From contig NC_079164.1 in the NCBI RefSeq assembly GCF_947568905.1, positions 81,716,001 to 81,780,000 on the forward strand: a stretch of DNA of 64,000 bases, written 5' to 3'. Numbering within the stretch: position 1 is the stretch's first letter; every line of letters begins with the position of its first letter. Both the position numbers and the translations under genes were made by a program. Under the pieces are notes generated by a model. That model was not told where the DNA came from. It was given only the letters and a program-made list of their open reading frames with translations, and did no database searches. Source of the stretch: Ostrea edulis (lineage: Eukaryota). Positions 13,017 through 26,641 of the stretch are shown here, piece by piece.

Positions 13017-14370
13017 CGAGGGCTGTTCGATATGTAATGTGTATTGTACGATATCTCAAAAGCATTCGAATAGTGAAATGAATATTACATGCCTTTAAAG
13101 TATTCTCCACGGTTTGAAATACATAATTTCAATCTCTGAATCCATTTCTGAAATGCTTCAATGTACGCTGATTTAGGCAGACCTCTGAGTCACTGACTGA
13201 TGGCTGAGCCAAGGGCTTGTCGGGATATATAACGACGACCAGATATGAACGTTTTAAGTTTTGGAAAAAGGAAAAAGTCACATGGGGCTAGATCTGGAGA
13301 GTATGGTAGGTGTGGCAAGACGGTAATCTCCGACTTCAAAAATTGCTTCACAAGCTCAGATGTATGTGATGGAGAATTATCATGAAGTAGACGAACATGC
13401 CTAAATCCTGACACAGGACGTCGTTTATGATAATATTTCTTGGGCTTTTTAGTATAACATCTCGGTAATACCGACCTGTAACACTTTGGCCCTTCAGCAC
13501 CGGAATTTGTACGGCTATACCATCACATGAGAAGAATATGCAATAAAGAACCTTCTTTGTGCTTATGGTTCTTTGGCAACTACAGGTCTTCTACCGTGTT
13601 TAGTTAGCCATATTTTGTTTCCAATTTTTCTTACTGGTTCGAAATAGTAAACCCATGTTTCGTAACGTTTGCAAATTGTCTTTGATTCAATTTGGGAAAC
13701 ATTTTGAGCTATTGCTTAGCGGTTTGTACTCGTACCCGTTTTTGTATTGCTTAGCGGTTTGTACTCGTACCCGTTTTTGGTCATCTGTCAATATATGCGG
13801 TATCCATCTGGCAGAAATCTTTCGTACTTTCAAAATACGCTTCAAAATGAAATGCATCCGCGATAGCGATATGCCAACAGCTTTGGCAATATCACGAATC
13901 GTGTATCTGTCATCACTTTAAATTATTTCCCTAACTTTTGAGACATTTGCCTTGCCTGTTTATAGTCACAGGTCGGCCAGATTTTACTGCATCTTTGACG
14001 GACTCTGTGCCAGTCAGAAATGTCTATATCCACCTACGAACTGTCTCATAAGATACCTTATCAGACCCATAAACTTCCCCCAATTCAGTAAAAATTTGCA
14101 TTACCGAATGACCGAGGTTTGTGCGAACTTTTATATAAGCTCCAATTTCTTCAATATTATCATCCCGTTTCCCAACCATTTTTACAACAGTGGTCAACGA
14201 CTGGCTCTATTGAAATGACTATAAGTTTAAAATTATATGGAGCCGAAGACTAGTATTTATACCGTTGGAAAATTATTGAATAGAGCTATCCAAGAGTATC
14301 ATCATCCAGGAAATCGTGCAAAGCGTTATCACGATGTGGTACAATACACATTACATATCGAACAACCCTC
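13017..14370 (-). mobile_element. Full-length but inactivated mariner (Tc1/mariner) transposon
   Basis: TIR GAGGGYTGTTCGATATGTAATGTGTATTGTAC at both ends, TA flanks. Transposase remnant HDNSPSH..HLPYSPDLAPCDFFLFPKLK (33 residues between the last two Asp in this copy). In-frame stops and a 35-nt tandem duplication at 13711/13746. Confidence 0.9.
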
Positions 14371-14824
14371 TATGTTACTATGGTGGTCCTAGTAACGTGT
14401 ACATATAAAACGTAGAACTTGAACGATGCAACGATGGTCTGCTGACGAATTCCATAGAGGCGGAGGAGGCAGTTTCCTCCTCAAAGAAACCAAAAATAAA
14501 AAAAAATACCGTTACATTTTCATTAAAATTGGACCCAGGACATTATGATAGCTCAAACACTTTTTGAATCCTCTTACAGATCTAGATTCATCTAAAACAC
14601 TGTAACTCTTACAGATCTAGATTCATCTAAAACTCTGTAAACACTTAGAAAACCATGTGTTTGCAATGCCCTGGAATCAAGGACCTGCTCAGCGTCTGGA
14701 GACCCCACGCTTCTGATTTATTGCCTACCCCAGATTAAGGGTCATTTTACGGTCTTGGACGTCAAGAGGGTTTTGGATATTTATTACAAGCGGGTTTTAG
14801 TAGGAATTTCGACAATCTTACTTT

Positions 14825-14975
14825 AGTATCTCGTAATAACGAGTAAGTTAGCTCGTTATAACGAGTTAGTATCTCTTAGTAACGACATCACTGAATGTTA
14901 TAACGAGTTGACTCATTCATTATAACGAGATAATTATCTCGTTAGAATGAGCTAACTCAGTTTAACGAGATATCT
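14825..14975. repeat. Cluster of short palindromic CTCGTTATAACGAG-like motifs, probably a MITE remnant
   Basis: Several degenerate copies of TCTCGTTATAACGAG in about 150 bp. Confidence 0.5.
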
Positions 14976-15767
14976 TAAGGAAACGGAAATTTTCAGGGCC
15001 TTCTTTTTCTCCGAAATCTAGATACAGCAAATCAAGATTAGTTAACAAGTTGTAGCTATATGTACAATTGCGGGTACTTATAATGAACAAATCAAAAAAT
15101 CATCAGCAAAAGAAATTGATCACTTTTTCTAGATCTTCTCTCGTCTCTTGTAACAGGTGGACTCTAATTATGTAACTGTAGACAATGATAATCCTTCACA
15201 AAAACTAGTACATACTGTTCTTTGATTAACAATTGTATGGTCTTACACTGAATTCGAAATATTTAAACATACATAAAGGAAATGCAATGTATCAATATTG
15301 CTTTTACGATTTACGTTTAGACACAATGTAGATAAGTTGTAAGCATAGAAAAATAGGAAGGCATTTAAAGTAATATGAAAAGACGTGTACCATTTTCTCA
15401 CTTTTAATAATATTTTTCATCTTGCCCATTCTTTTTAAATTTAGGATTTTTGTGAGCAGTAAAGTTGGACAGCTCTCAAAGGATTAGAAATCATACGTTC
15501 ATATGTTACGGTGTAAGTGTTGGCCCAAATTTAAACCAGATTATAGAAAAATCCGTGCCTCATTTTCCTGCACCTATTGTGTTTTATGTGAAGTAATACG
15601 ATTATTGCAAAAGCTGGATTTGAGAGAGGAACGATCGAGGTCAGTCACGAGCATACACTGTGGAGCAGTCATATTTATATATATGACAAAACTTTACAGA
15701 TAATATGTAATAGAAAGTAAAATTGAAAGTTAAAAGATAAGATCAGTGAAGAGTGAGATTTTTCAGA

Positions 15768-17329
15768 ATGGCTTTTGGAAATTGCGCTCTGTTTTTCTTT
15801 TTGTCTCTGCTGAGTTTTGTGAATGGCGCTAACTTTCCTAGCGGGTGTTCATACTACGATGAAATGGATTCCACTCATCTATATAAATGCACATTTGGTA
15901 CAGTTTCTTTACCTCTGACATACAGTACTTTCAGTGATCCTCTACCACAGTGGATTCAAATCGCAAAAATCAACGGTAACATCAATGCGGGTTCCTTCAC
16001 CGGATTCGATTCTTATGACACGACCAAACTGAGCCACGACAAAAACCCTACTCTTCAGCTTTTCTGTACGACCGGGGGATCCTTAAATTTACAGGCTACA
16101 TCGTTCAACACTCTTGGATACATACAAGAAGTCGAAATTTCAAACTGTAACGTCAATTTACCTGCCAACGTCTTTTCACCGTTTGGGACATTAAACAAGC
16201 TGACGATCAGGGGAGGTACCCTGACCTTAAATTCTGCCACATTTGAGGGACTGACGATCGAACCAATAGATCAATACACCGACCCAGCAGGGGCACTAAT
16301 AATAAAAGATCTTACCATTAGTGGAGGGTTCCCGACCGATGTTTTGAAGCCCCTAAACAAAACCAAGACCATCCGTATAGAAAACGTTGGACTGACATCA
16401 ATCAATGACACTGTGTTTTCAGCCAACTCCGGACTTCACACGCTCTCTTTGAAGGACAATCTGATTCTAGACACCATCCCCACTACCTTCTTTACTGGAC
16501 TTGATGGCTTGGCGAATTTCGATCAGACATCATTCCAATGGACCTGTACGTGTGATAACGTCTGGTGGTGGCCTAAATCCATCGTGAAAAATATCACGAT
16601 TCAAGGACCGGCTATCTGCAGTGGCCCTGCCGACGTTGCGGGTAAGAGTCTTTTTTCAATGAAATAGTCCTTTCTTTCATTTCTTTTCTGTTATTTCTTT
16701 GTCTTTGTAACTGCTATGTTTTGCAGCAAAATTGTTGTGTGCTTGTTTCAGGAATGGTTGTAGGAAAGTACTATGACACGAACTGCGTAACAACCAGTGT
16801 ATGTGGCGATAATATAGGTAAGATTTCTTGATAGGAACTCGAAATGAATCATGTTTCATTGTTATTAGTTAAGAACCAGAATTTGTACAATTCAAATGGT
16901 AAATAAGTTAGAATAAAACCCAGGAGTTTCACTTGGTCTTTTTCAGATACCAAGGGTATAACAGTCAATCAAATTTATACTCTATCAATTATCAATACCA
17001 ACAAAAATTGAATTGACAATCGTCTTTAACAATACTCATTACATTTTGCGCAATTTTTCCATTTTTAACATATGTGAGTTGTTTTTGCAGGTGTTGCTAT
17101 CAGTTCCACATGTCTTCCGATGGGATATTTGGTCGGGTTTGGTCTTATATTTGTAATGCTCATCATATGTATCGTAGCACTTGCCTGCATCTGTCACTTG
17201 AGAAAGAATGCTCTGGCTGGTCCAGTCAAAAAGACACGAAGAGGGCCTCCTCCGCCCGGTGCCAAAAAAGGTAAAGGCGGCAGTGGCGGCGGTGGCGAAA
17301 AGAAACGAAGAGGAAGCGGATGGGTGTAA
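15768..17329 (+). CDS. LRR transmembrane-family paralog 4, 392 aa; exons 15768-16641, 16752-16817, 17091-17329
   Basis: Signal peptide MAFGNCALFFFLSLLSFVNG, PSGC..YKC, LRRs, WTCTCDNVWW. Donors G|GTAAGA (twice); acceptors TTTCAG| and TTGCAG|; 66-nt exon; TM then a Gly/Lys/Pro-rich tail ending GWV*; 1179 nt in frame. Confidence 0.9.
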
Positions 17330-17624
17330 ATTTCCCATGTAACTTTCAACAATGAAAAATGAAGAATGATCGAATAAAGGTCCCTGCTATGCCAAATATG
17401 TCTGTGATCATCTTTTCTCCATTGGTGTTTTTGTTTTCAATAAACACGTGATTTAGATTGCTTTTGATTTTAACACTGTCGTCTAAAGTTCAATAAATTC
17501 TTAGACTTTTACACACTCTCTATTTACTCTTGTGATGAAATATCCAAGATATATAAACTTATTTCAGAAGAGAATTTCAGAATACAGGAAGACCACAGTT
17601 CACATAATGGAGCATTTTATTTAT

Positions 17625-18028
17625 CAGGGGCGGATCCAGGAATTGCGGTTACGGGAGGGGGTGTCAGTTTATGAGGCAGGGGGTCTGAGGACTGCCTTAA
17701 GGTCCCCAAGGGGCGAAGCCCCTGGATTTTATAGGTTTTAAAATATGCCTCCTATTTATTCATTTGTACTATTTTCTATCATTTTTAATGAAATTAATGA
17801 AATGACGCACATTTTAAGGGTTTTTGGGAAAAAAATAAGTCCTCCCAATAATTTAATTCAAGAAATCATAAGATTTTGTCATTTACTTCTCCGGGAGTGG
17901 AAGAAATTATTGCTTCTTTTGTTATTTAGTACATTTTTCTAAACAAGATACCACGATTTACCTTAAATTCGGAAATTTTACGGGAGGGGGGGGGGGCGGC
18001 GGCTTCGCCCCCCTTAATTCCGCCACTG
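17625..18028. mobile_element. MITE with CAG(G/T)GGCGGA TIRs and apparent 5-bp TSD (TTTAT)
   Basis: Starts CAGGGGCGGATCC, ends AATTCCGCCACTG; TTTAT on both flanks; internally similar to 24154-24532. Confidence 0.7.
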
Positions 18029-19179
18029 TTTATGCTTCTGGTTCAAATAAAATCTCCCAATGTCTATTCAGCGGCAGATCCAGAAAATTTTCGGGGGGGG
18101 GGGGGGGGGGGGTTGCGACCCAAATGTGTTAAGTTTTCCGCACCAAAAGGTGGGAGGGTGTGTGTGAAGTCCCCAGTATGGCAAAAAATTGCATATTTTT
18201 CTGTTAAAAATCTTCATCCAAAGGGGGAGTTGCAATCCTCATAACCCACCCCCATTTGGATCCACCTTTGTCTACCCCATTTTAGAAAAATAAATCTCTG
18301 CAAGATGCTTGACAATGAGATCTTTATCGCCAACAATGTAAAAACGTTTGAGTATTGCGGTGTTAGACATAATGTACCTAATATTCCAGTATTCGAATCT
18401 GGAATTGCACAGTAAGAAAAAGTGTAGGGGTGTGGAACATACATAATCAAGTATTAGGTGGGGGGCATTATAAGTACACATGATGGTACTTCTTCATTAA
18501 CGAACTCACTGACAGAAAATGAAAAAGCTAATGGTGTAATTTTCAATGCGTAGGCAACTGGTTAGCTAGTCTTGTTTTAAATTCTAGTCGGGTGCACGCC
18601 AGAGGGTGACAAGAAGGTGAAACCTTCCAACAGAAAATGATAAAGCAGATCAATTTGACTGTATTTCTTTAAGGTAACATATGGTCATTTCTTTCCCAAA
18701 GGTCCATAAACTTATTTCACAATAGAATAATGTTTCATTAAAGAGCTCTTAACAGAACTTTCAAATTAGTTCGCGTATTGGTTCTTCAGTCGGATATATA
18801 AGCTTATTTACCGTAAAAAAAATTGAATGTGTATCCTTTTTATGACACTGGTTCTTAATAGTCGACCAAACCATTTACATCGCCCTCTCGTGTTCTTCTA
18901 CACTCCCACATCGACATGTAATTATTTATATATCTTATATTTGAAAAAAGCAAGCTCTAATAAGACGCTTTGAAAAAAAATTCAGAGCGAGTTGAAATTT
19001 ATAATTATGATAAGCTCAACGCACTTAGAAAATCAAATAAGGCTTTGATGATAGGCATAAAAAAATCATTTGATTTTGTAAATATCATTTTTATTTGTGA
19101 AATAGTAATGGACACCGACCAACAGAAGGTATCTTTCATCTATTGACCATTTAAAGCGTAGATAAGTTTTACTTTACCT

Positions 19180-19560
19180 TCATGAAAGGTGAAGATAACG
19201 AACAGTGATCAATCTCATAACTCCTATAAGCAATACAAAATAGAGAGTTGGCCAAACACGGACCCCTGGATATACCAGAGGTGGGATCGTGTGCTTAGGG
19301 GGAGTAAGCGTCCCCTGTCGACCGGTCACACCCGCCGCGAGCCCAAAATCAGTGTGCCAAGAACGGCCTAACAATCTGCATGAAACACGTCAGACAGCAT
19401 TTGATCCAATGATAGGTTGTATTGGCAACCTAGATCGTTAAAACGACTATAAAATTTGCGAAATGCTGATTTTAAACGAGACTGTTGGAACCCCTGCACC
19501 ATCAACTTGTATCGCCTAATGATTTTGAAATACTGATCTACATATATTACTAATGAAGTC
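19180..19560 (-). mobile_element. Penelope-like 3' fragment
   Basis: Reverse complement of the shared 3' block (ATGAAAGGTGAAGATAACGAACAGTGATCAATCTC..ACCGGTCACACCCGCCG); translates to ..YKLMVQGFQQSRLKSAFRKFY. Confidence 0.7.
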
Positions 19561-19595
19561 ACCACCTCTTCTATAAGCCGGCTAGACAGAATACC

Positions 19596-19730
19596 AATAA
19601 ACTGTATCTTAGTTTAAAGTTTAATAAACTGCATCTTAGTTTAAAGTTCAATAAACTGCATCTTAGTTTAAAGTTCAATAAACTGCATCTTAGTTTAAAG
19701 TTCAATAAACTGTATCTTAGTTTAAAGTTT
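19596..19730. repeat. 27-bp tandem repeat, 5 copies
   Basis: AATAAACTGCATCTTAGTTTAAAGTTY x5. Confidence 0.95.
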
Positions 19731-19881
19731 AATTATGAGATGCTGTGCAATCCGACACCGAGAAGCTGAAGTTGCACATGCTTGTAGAATTTGAAATATC
19801 AACCTTCTAAGAAGAATATGGGATAGCCCTGATGGAATCTGTGTAATATGAATCTATAGCAATGTGACAATGTGATTTCAC

Positions 19882-20157
19882 CAGTCGCGGTAGGTGGTAG
19901 AGCGTTCGCTTCGTAACCGGAAGGTCGTGAGTTCGAGCCCCGCTCGTGCCATGGCCGCGTCAAAAACTAAGACGTTAGAATAAGGAGTGATTGCTCCTTC
20001 GCCAAACGCTCGGATTTAGAAGTGAGAATCACGGGTCTTTCGGATATGACCTTAAAAACGGAGGTCCCGTGTCGCGATAGGCGTTGGCACGATAAAGAAC
20101 CCTCACTGTTACGGCCCTGAGCGCTAAGCATAGGTCTAAATTTGTGGTACTTTACCT
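19882..20157 (+). mobile_element. tRNA-derived SINE (second subfamily), 3'-truncated
   Basis: Pol III-like head (GGTAGAGCGTTCGC..GAGTTCGAGCCC) followed by the central block GACCTTAAAAACGGAGGTCCCGTGTC, shared with the SINE at 4149. Confidence 0.8.
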
Positions 20158-21007
20158 ATAAATAAATAAAATTTATATTGCGCCTTATATAAAACAAATT
20201 ACTCTAAGGCGCTTTACAAGGGTAGCGGTGAGGAATGCAACAATAAAAAACACAATTAAATGAAATTAAAAGACAGTATGACATAAAATCTTACATCTAT
20301 AGAATTATCAAAATAAAACATTGTTATCAAGATCGATAGTTTATTTTTTGGGTAGAACACTATGCTTAGTATCTAAAAAGTACTCTAAAATGTTAAAGGC
20401 TAAAACACTATTGGCATAAACGTTGACATCGCAATGACAAATAAAATAATAACGTTAGCAATGTCAATCCATCTCATTATGTGAAAGAAAGCCGGTCATG
20501 ACTATTCCATAGCTGTTGCAATATCTTGTTTAACGAGCACAGAGAGTTCTAGGAACTTGGTAATGCAATATTATTGTCAATGAAGCACGCGTTTTATTCA
20601 GTTTATCTGCAAGTATGTTAATTATCAGCACAGCGGATGCCAAAAGACATACATTTGATTCATAAGGAAATCTGTCGAATTTCATCATCTGAAGTCCTAA
20701 TTTCAGTTTTGATTGACAAAACAACTTTAAATATGACAAATGTTTCAATACATCTCAATATTAGTACATATATAAATCGGTATTCAATACATGCCACCAT
20801 GTAAACTCTCGGGTTTAAATGCACTCCCAAATTTCTTATGAAAATATTGAGATCATTTTAATCGTTTGGTGTTGTGTTCGATCACGGGGATTATTGAACG
20901 ATTACCCTCATGTAAAGTGAAATATTGGCACTGGTTTGTGATCCCAGATTGAGGTTAAAGGAAACTTACACCGAGAAATAAAGTGTGGAGAGCGCAGACC
21001 AGCTAAA

Positions 21008-22553
21008 ATGGCGGCTGGTAAGTGGTTCTGCCTTTTTCTTGTGTCCTCAATATTTGATTCTACTTTTGGGAATCCCGCCGGCTGCTCGGAAAAGGCGGGG
21101 AACTATGACAGCGTCCGACCCGTGAGATGTACGAAGTCTGGAACTCTTTCGAACACATTTAGCACCTTCTCCTGGCAAAGGCTTGAGGTAACAGAGTACC
21201 AAACTGGGGTGTCAGCGGGTGATTTCTCTGGATTTTCATCGGCATCAACAACCAGTTTCGACTCTTCATATCCCCATTCCCTCACCATAGTCTGTAAGCC
21301 TGGTATTACGTCCTTCACCGTGGCTGCCAATGCGTTCTCCCAGTTTCCTAACGTCCAAGTATTAGAGTTTCTGAATTGTCCCATCACGTCGATTCCCGCC
21401 AACGCTTTCCCGGGGCACTACTTGGATCACTTAATTTTCACTGGTGGTAAAATAGGCTCAATTGACGCTAATGCATTCAGTGGTCTGAATATTAGCAAGC
21501 TCTCCATTCCAGGAGCTGTTGGTGGCATAACCATAAACAGCGAGCTAACCTCAGGTCTTCCAGAAAAAGTCTTCGATTCGCTGCAGTCCATGGAATATCT
21601 AGCTATAGATGAAGCGAAAGTCAGCACCATCACTGTGGGCATGGTTGGAAACCTCACTAATCTCCGATATTTGAATTTACGAAATAACCTCATCACTAAC
21701 ATCACAGACGGTATTTTCACCAATATGAAGAGTTTATCTTACCTTGACTTTGAGGGTAATAAGTTTACATGCACCTGTACCGATCTATGGTTCCTTAAAT
21801 ACACAGCTGAAAACCATATCCATTTGCTTGGAGGACCACTGTGTGAAACCCCAGCTTCTCACAACAGTAAGTTGTTTTTTAATTCACTTTACAATGAAGA
21901 TTTTAAGGAGTACGTTGATTGAAGAACTAGGATTTATCACATCTTTGTATGTTTCAGCCAAGAGGGTGACCGTGTACGACGACGAAGTCTGCGCTGTGGA
22001 CGATGTATGTGGTGGTACAGCTGGTACGTAAATTTTCAAATTGGTGTCCAATAAATTCAAAGATAGATCGCTCCATATTGATAACTTTTTAAAAAAGGTC
22101 AAATATTTTATTAAAAGTTATGTCCCCTTCTTCTTGAATCTCCTCCATCTCTAGCAAAGAAGCTGTGGACGTTTTATTGCAAGCAATATTAATCCCAATT
22201 TCATACTCTAATCCGTTAATTAGATAGATAGATTGAACCTAACTTGAACTGTACGAATGGAAAGAAAAATCAATGGTACGAAAATGTGTTATTCTGAGTA
22301 TTTTATAGGACTGGCCATGGGCGGCAGTTGTATGCCGCTGTACCAGTTAGCGAGTTACCTGCTGCTTCTCATCATCCTGATCCTCTCGTGTGTGGCACTG
22401 GGCTGTATCTGTAAGACCCGTAAAGAGCTCACAAGGGTACAGAGGAGGATGAAGAACAAACGGGCTAGTTCTTGGAATAGGGTACAGGAAGCCATGAAAC
22501 AGAGGAGCGGTGCGAAACAAAAACCACCAGTCGGAAAAAATGGATGGGTGTGA
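21008..22553 (+). CDS. LRR transmembrane-family paralog 5, 389 aa; exons 21008-21866, 21958-22023, 22309-22553
   Basis: Signal peptide, NPAGC..VRC, canonical LRRs (LTNLRYLNLRNNLIT), FTCTCTDLWF. Donors A|GTAAGT and G|GTACGT; 66-nt exon TKRVTVYDDEVCAVDDVCGGTAG; TM; tail SSWNRVQEAM..KQKPP..GWV*; 1170 nt in frame. Confidence 0.9.
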
Positions 22554-23867
22554 TCGTTGATCACGTCAATTTCAATTCAATATATTATTTTGAGACATTT
22601 CACGAATTGATTCTTATCGAATACCAATTGTTTCTCCTTGTTACTGCCTGTAAAGCATTGACATGATGTGAATTTCTTTGTTGATTGTCGGGCGACCACT
22701 AGCTTGGTCGTGCGTTTCCATGCTTTGCTTCATTTTAATAAATTGTTACAACTACATGTGTATGCCTTTGTCTACAGGGCAAAGCCAGGGGATTCTTGTT
22801 AACTTTGCTTAACATTGTCTTTACGGTATTCAATAAACTTCCCCAAGCTTGGATCGAGCTATCATTTTAGGTTATTCCCTGGAGGGTCGATGGTTTCCAT
22901 GCCATAGGACCATCACACGAACATTTTCTGACTGTATCTCTCGTTTTATTGTATGGAGATTTCGTGATTTTCTTGCGATCCTTTTATTCACTGCAGAGGT
23001 TTTGTCAATACATGGAAAAAGATCATTAATATATAACCGCTGTGATAATTTACTGCAAATAAAATGTATTCTCCTGCGAATAGATATGGTAATTTCGAAT
23101 CCGCCACCAATTACCTTGATTTAGGGCAGATGGATTTTTTTCCTTTCTTTGATTGCATGCAATACATAATTCAAATAATTGTCATGATACAATAGAAATA
23201 TTCTACGACCTGAAATCATGTTCTAAATGATTCACAGATAATTTTTTGTCGATAAGTATGCGATAGACTAGTAGTGTTTTTGACATTTCGTTTGACGACG
23301 AATTGTCCGTGACTTGTTACGTTTTGGTAGATATGGAGCCTTTACTAGTGGAACTTCCGATGAAGCTCAGTCATGGTGGCGCTCAATTTATCATTAATTG
23401 TTTTGAAGTTCTACAATATAGTTTTATTTTGTGGTATGACCGATTACATGAAGACAAAGATTAAACGTCTACCATTACAATCATGAAAACCTAGTATTTT
23501 CCCCCAGGAACTACATAGTTTATAATATTTGCCACCGATACATACCAGCCGACGCCATATCCTCACCACAGAATTAAAATTAGGCGCTCCCCCACATTTT
23601 TTTTTAAAAAGTTAAGTAAATCTCTGCGTATCAAAAAGAGGGTACACATTTGCAATATTTTATGAACTGGCGATAGAAGCACTGGGATTTCATCATGACA
23701 CCCTTTCAGTAGACTTGCACCCAGTTTCTAAAGACTTTATCAAGGGAGTTTTATTCGAAGTGAATGGCAAACACCTAACTCTTATACAGTGCGTGTGACT
23801 ACCTCACATCACTACATTGTCTGAATATTTACAATGGACCAGATTCGTGTATGGATATATGGATCAG

Positions 23868-24077
23868 GGGTGCGTTTTACAAAAGAACTTACGACCAACT
23901 TCACATACTGAAATTTTCTCGATTATTGTAAGATCATTCACTTCAATGTAAAATAGTGAAAAAAATAATGTTGAAAATTATCTCAGAATTGTTTTAATTC
24001 ATTCATTTACACTGATAACTGTGTAATACAATTTAAGTCTTGCGATTTTATCGTAAGTTGTTTCGTAAAACGGGCCC
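23868..24077. mobile_element. MITE, PIF/Harbinger-like (CAG TSD)
   Basis: TIR GGGYSCGTTTTACRAAASAACTTACGA; CAG at 23865-67 and 24078-80. Confidence 0.75.
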
Positions 24078-24153
24078 CAGGCATCTAGCATCGTTTTCAA
24101 CAGCTAGAGGAAGGACAGTCGGAGACAGTTGCTGAAGCTGTGCTAAGAGTAAC

Positions 24154-24532
24154 CAGGGGCAGATCCAGGAATTGAAGTTAGGGGCGCAACTTCATGATGC
24201 AGGGGGTCGGGGTGTGTGTGGGGGGGGGGGTCTTAAGCCACCAGTGGGTGTAGTGGGGGCCCAAAGAGTTTATAGGGCTTGAAATATGTCTTTTATGTTG
24301 TCGTTTTTACTGTTTTCTGTCATTTTTAATAAGGTGAAATTAATTAAATGACACAAATTAAGGGGTTTTTGGGGAAAAAACGTACGTTCTCCCAGTAAAA
24401 GTAACAATAAATCAAAATATCCTGCCATTTATTTCTTTGATAGTGGGAAAAAATTGCTTCTTTTATCGTTTATTCAAGAGACTATTTGGAAATTTTAAGT
24501 GGGGTGCGCCACCTCCCTTAAATCCGCCGCTG
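24154..24532. mobile_element. MITE of the same family as 17625-18028, 5-bp TSD GTAAC
   Basis: Starts CAGGGGCAGATCC, ends AAATCCGCCGCTG; GTAAC at 24149-53 and 24533-37. Confidence 0.75.
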
Positions 24533-25038
24533 GTAACTATGAAATAGCCTAGATATCGTTTTGAAGATATATATTAAGCTTGCTATAAAATCACTCGTTG
24601 TTTTCAATTAACTTACTGCAGATAACTATTTTGCGCATAGAATTCGATAATCAGTATACTGTGCAAGGTAGTAAATTCATATTTTTAAAAAATATTATTT
24701 ATATATCATCAACCTCCAAATAGAGATAATCTCATATAGTATTACTGGCATATTATATTGGTCTCGTATTTTGACCGACATTATCCGAGGATTTGTTATA
24801 ATCCTTTACACGATCACGATTGACCTACTGAGTACTCCAAATTATAATTTATATCAGTAATCTCTTCAAAAACTTAATCCTACATACACCTTAAGAAAAG
24901 TTCGTTTTACTTGTGTTTTAATAAGAACATAAATTAAGCTGGTTAAGAGTAAAGTTGGTCCATGTTTAAGATCAATGTGAAGGTCAACTTTCATACCATG
25001 TAAGAAACAGCCAGCACGAACAAGATATATCCGTCAAA

Positions 25039-26484
25039 ATGGCGGACACCCTGTTAATTGCTGTTTGTATATCGTTAGTTCCCTGGGTAAGTGCAAACCC
25101 TGCGGGCTGTGTGGCCAAGCCCGGGAATCTGGATTCCGTCATACCGACTCAGTGTACGTCTGGGTCATTCTCAACACCTCTGTCCCGCTCCTCTTTTACA
25201 ACCTTGTCTTGGCAGAGACTGGAATTTGTCGAGTATCAGAGTTCTTTCACATCCAGTCATTTCACCGGATTTTCAGGAGCTTCAACATCCACGTTTAGTC
25301 CAGATTTTCCTATTACGGTTACCATAAAATGCAAATCTGGAATTTCAACTTTTTCCTTTGCCGCCAATGCGTTTTCGCAGTTTACAAGCGCACAGGAAGT
25401 GACGATCATAAATTGTCCCATAACATCGTTTCCAGCCTCAGTATTCAACGGACTGACTTTAAGTAAGCTAACCATTCAGGGTGGGAAAATAACAACAATA
25501 GACGCGGGAACATTCACGGGACTGACCATAACAAAAATGAATATCACATCAGAGGAAAGCGGACTCATCATCAGGGATTGTCCAATCACAAATACGCTTC
25601 CAGTAGGTCTTTTTGAATCTCTGACGTCAGTGGAATTTCTCATCCTGGAGGGAACTAATCTGGACTACATTGCAACTACTACATTCACCAACTTGACAAG
25701 TCTCCACTACCTGAGCTTGGCCAATAACAGACTGACAAATATATCATGGGGGATCTTCGATGAACTACGAGCGCTTACTGAAGTCAACATGGAGGGTAAC
25801 AATTGGGCCTGTACTTGCGATGATCTCTGGTTTCTGGATTACAGCCTTCAGCAAGACCTCAGGCTTAGCGGTGGGCCTTTATGTGACACACCTACAGAAT
25901 ATAATTGTAAGAGGGTTTTTTTAAATCTTGAGAAAATATTACAATTAGATTTTATGAATATGTCTATGTCGTGTTTTATGTTTTTTCCCTCCTCATTCAT
26001 CCTTGAATTGTAGATAAGCGTGCAACAAAATATTGGGATGAAGTCTGTCCTAAGATGGATGCTTGCGAATACAGTCTAGGTAAGAAGGTCAAACGGGAGG
26101 GACACTTATAACGAACGATTTGATACAGCTTTATACTTTAATCTTACCACATAAACAGAGTAAAGGTACAATTAAAATCATATAGGACACACTATATCGT
26201 GATTATCCTTTTCCCTTCTAGGTTATGCTATGGGTCCAGGTACTTGTGTTGTAATGGCGGATTTGGTTAGTTATGGTATTGTGGTGATTACAATCATCAT
26301 TGCTACCATCGCCCTAATCATCATTTGTAAGGTACGTCGCGATCTGAGGGGTGTACAAGACAGATTGAAAAACAAGAGGGCCACTTCGTGGGGCCGTGTG
26401 CAGGAGATGATGAAGAAGAAAGAGGCAAATGGAGGGGCGTCACAGAAACCGCCATTTCCTCCCAAAGCAGGCTGGGAAAAATGA
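25039..26484 (+). CDS. LRR transmembrane-family paralog 6, 398 aa; exons 25039-25906, 26014-26079, 26222-26484
   Basis: Signal peptide, NPAGC..TQC, LRRs (LTSLHYLSLANNRLT), WACTCDDLWF. Donors T|GTAAGA and G|GTAAGA; 66-nt exon YKRATKYWDEVCPKMDACEYSLG; TM; tail TSWGRVQEMM..QKPPFPPKAGWEK*; 1197 nt in frame. Confidence 0.9.
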
Positions 26485-26531
26485 GTTATTGCTATTCTAT
26501 GTTTGAATTGATTTTAATGTTTTTCTATCAA

Positions 26532-26641
26532 AGAAGTGGACGTTATCCGGAATCGCTCACCCTTTTCCGAAGTAGACGTTATCCAGACTCACTCACCCCT
26601 TTCCGAAGTGGACGTTATCCGGACCTGTTTACCCTTTTCCG
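26532..26641. repeat. 36-bp tandem repeat x3 in the presumed 3' UTR of paralog 6
   Basis: GAAGTGGACGTTATCCGGAATCGCTCACCCTTTTCC with variants. Confidence 0.85.

Noticed and set aside
19884-19945. tRNA gene (also 4151-4215)
   Set aside because: The tRNA-like head runs straight into a SINE body shared with other copies, and no complete acceptor stem is evident.
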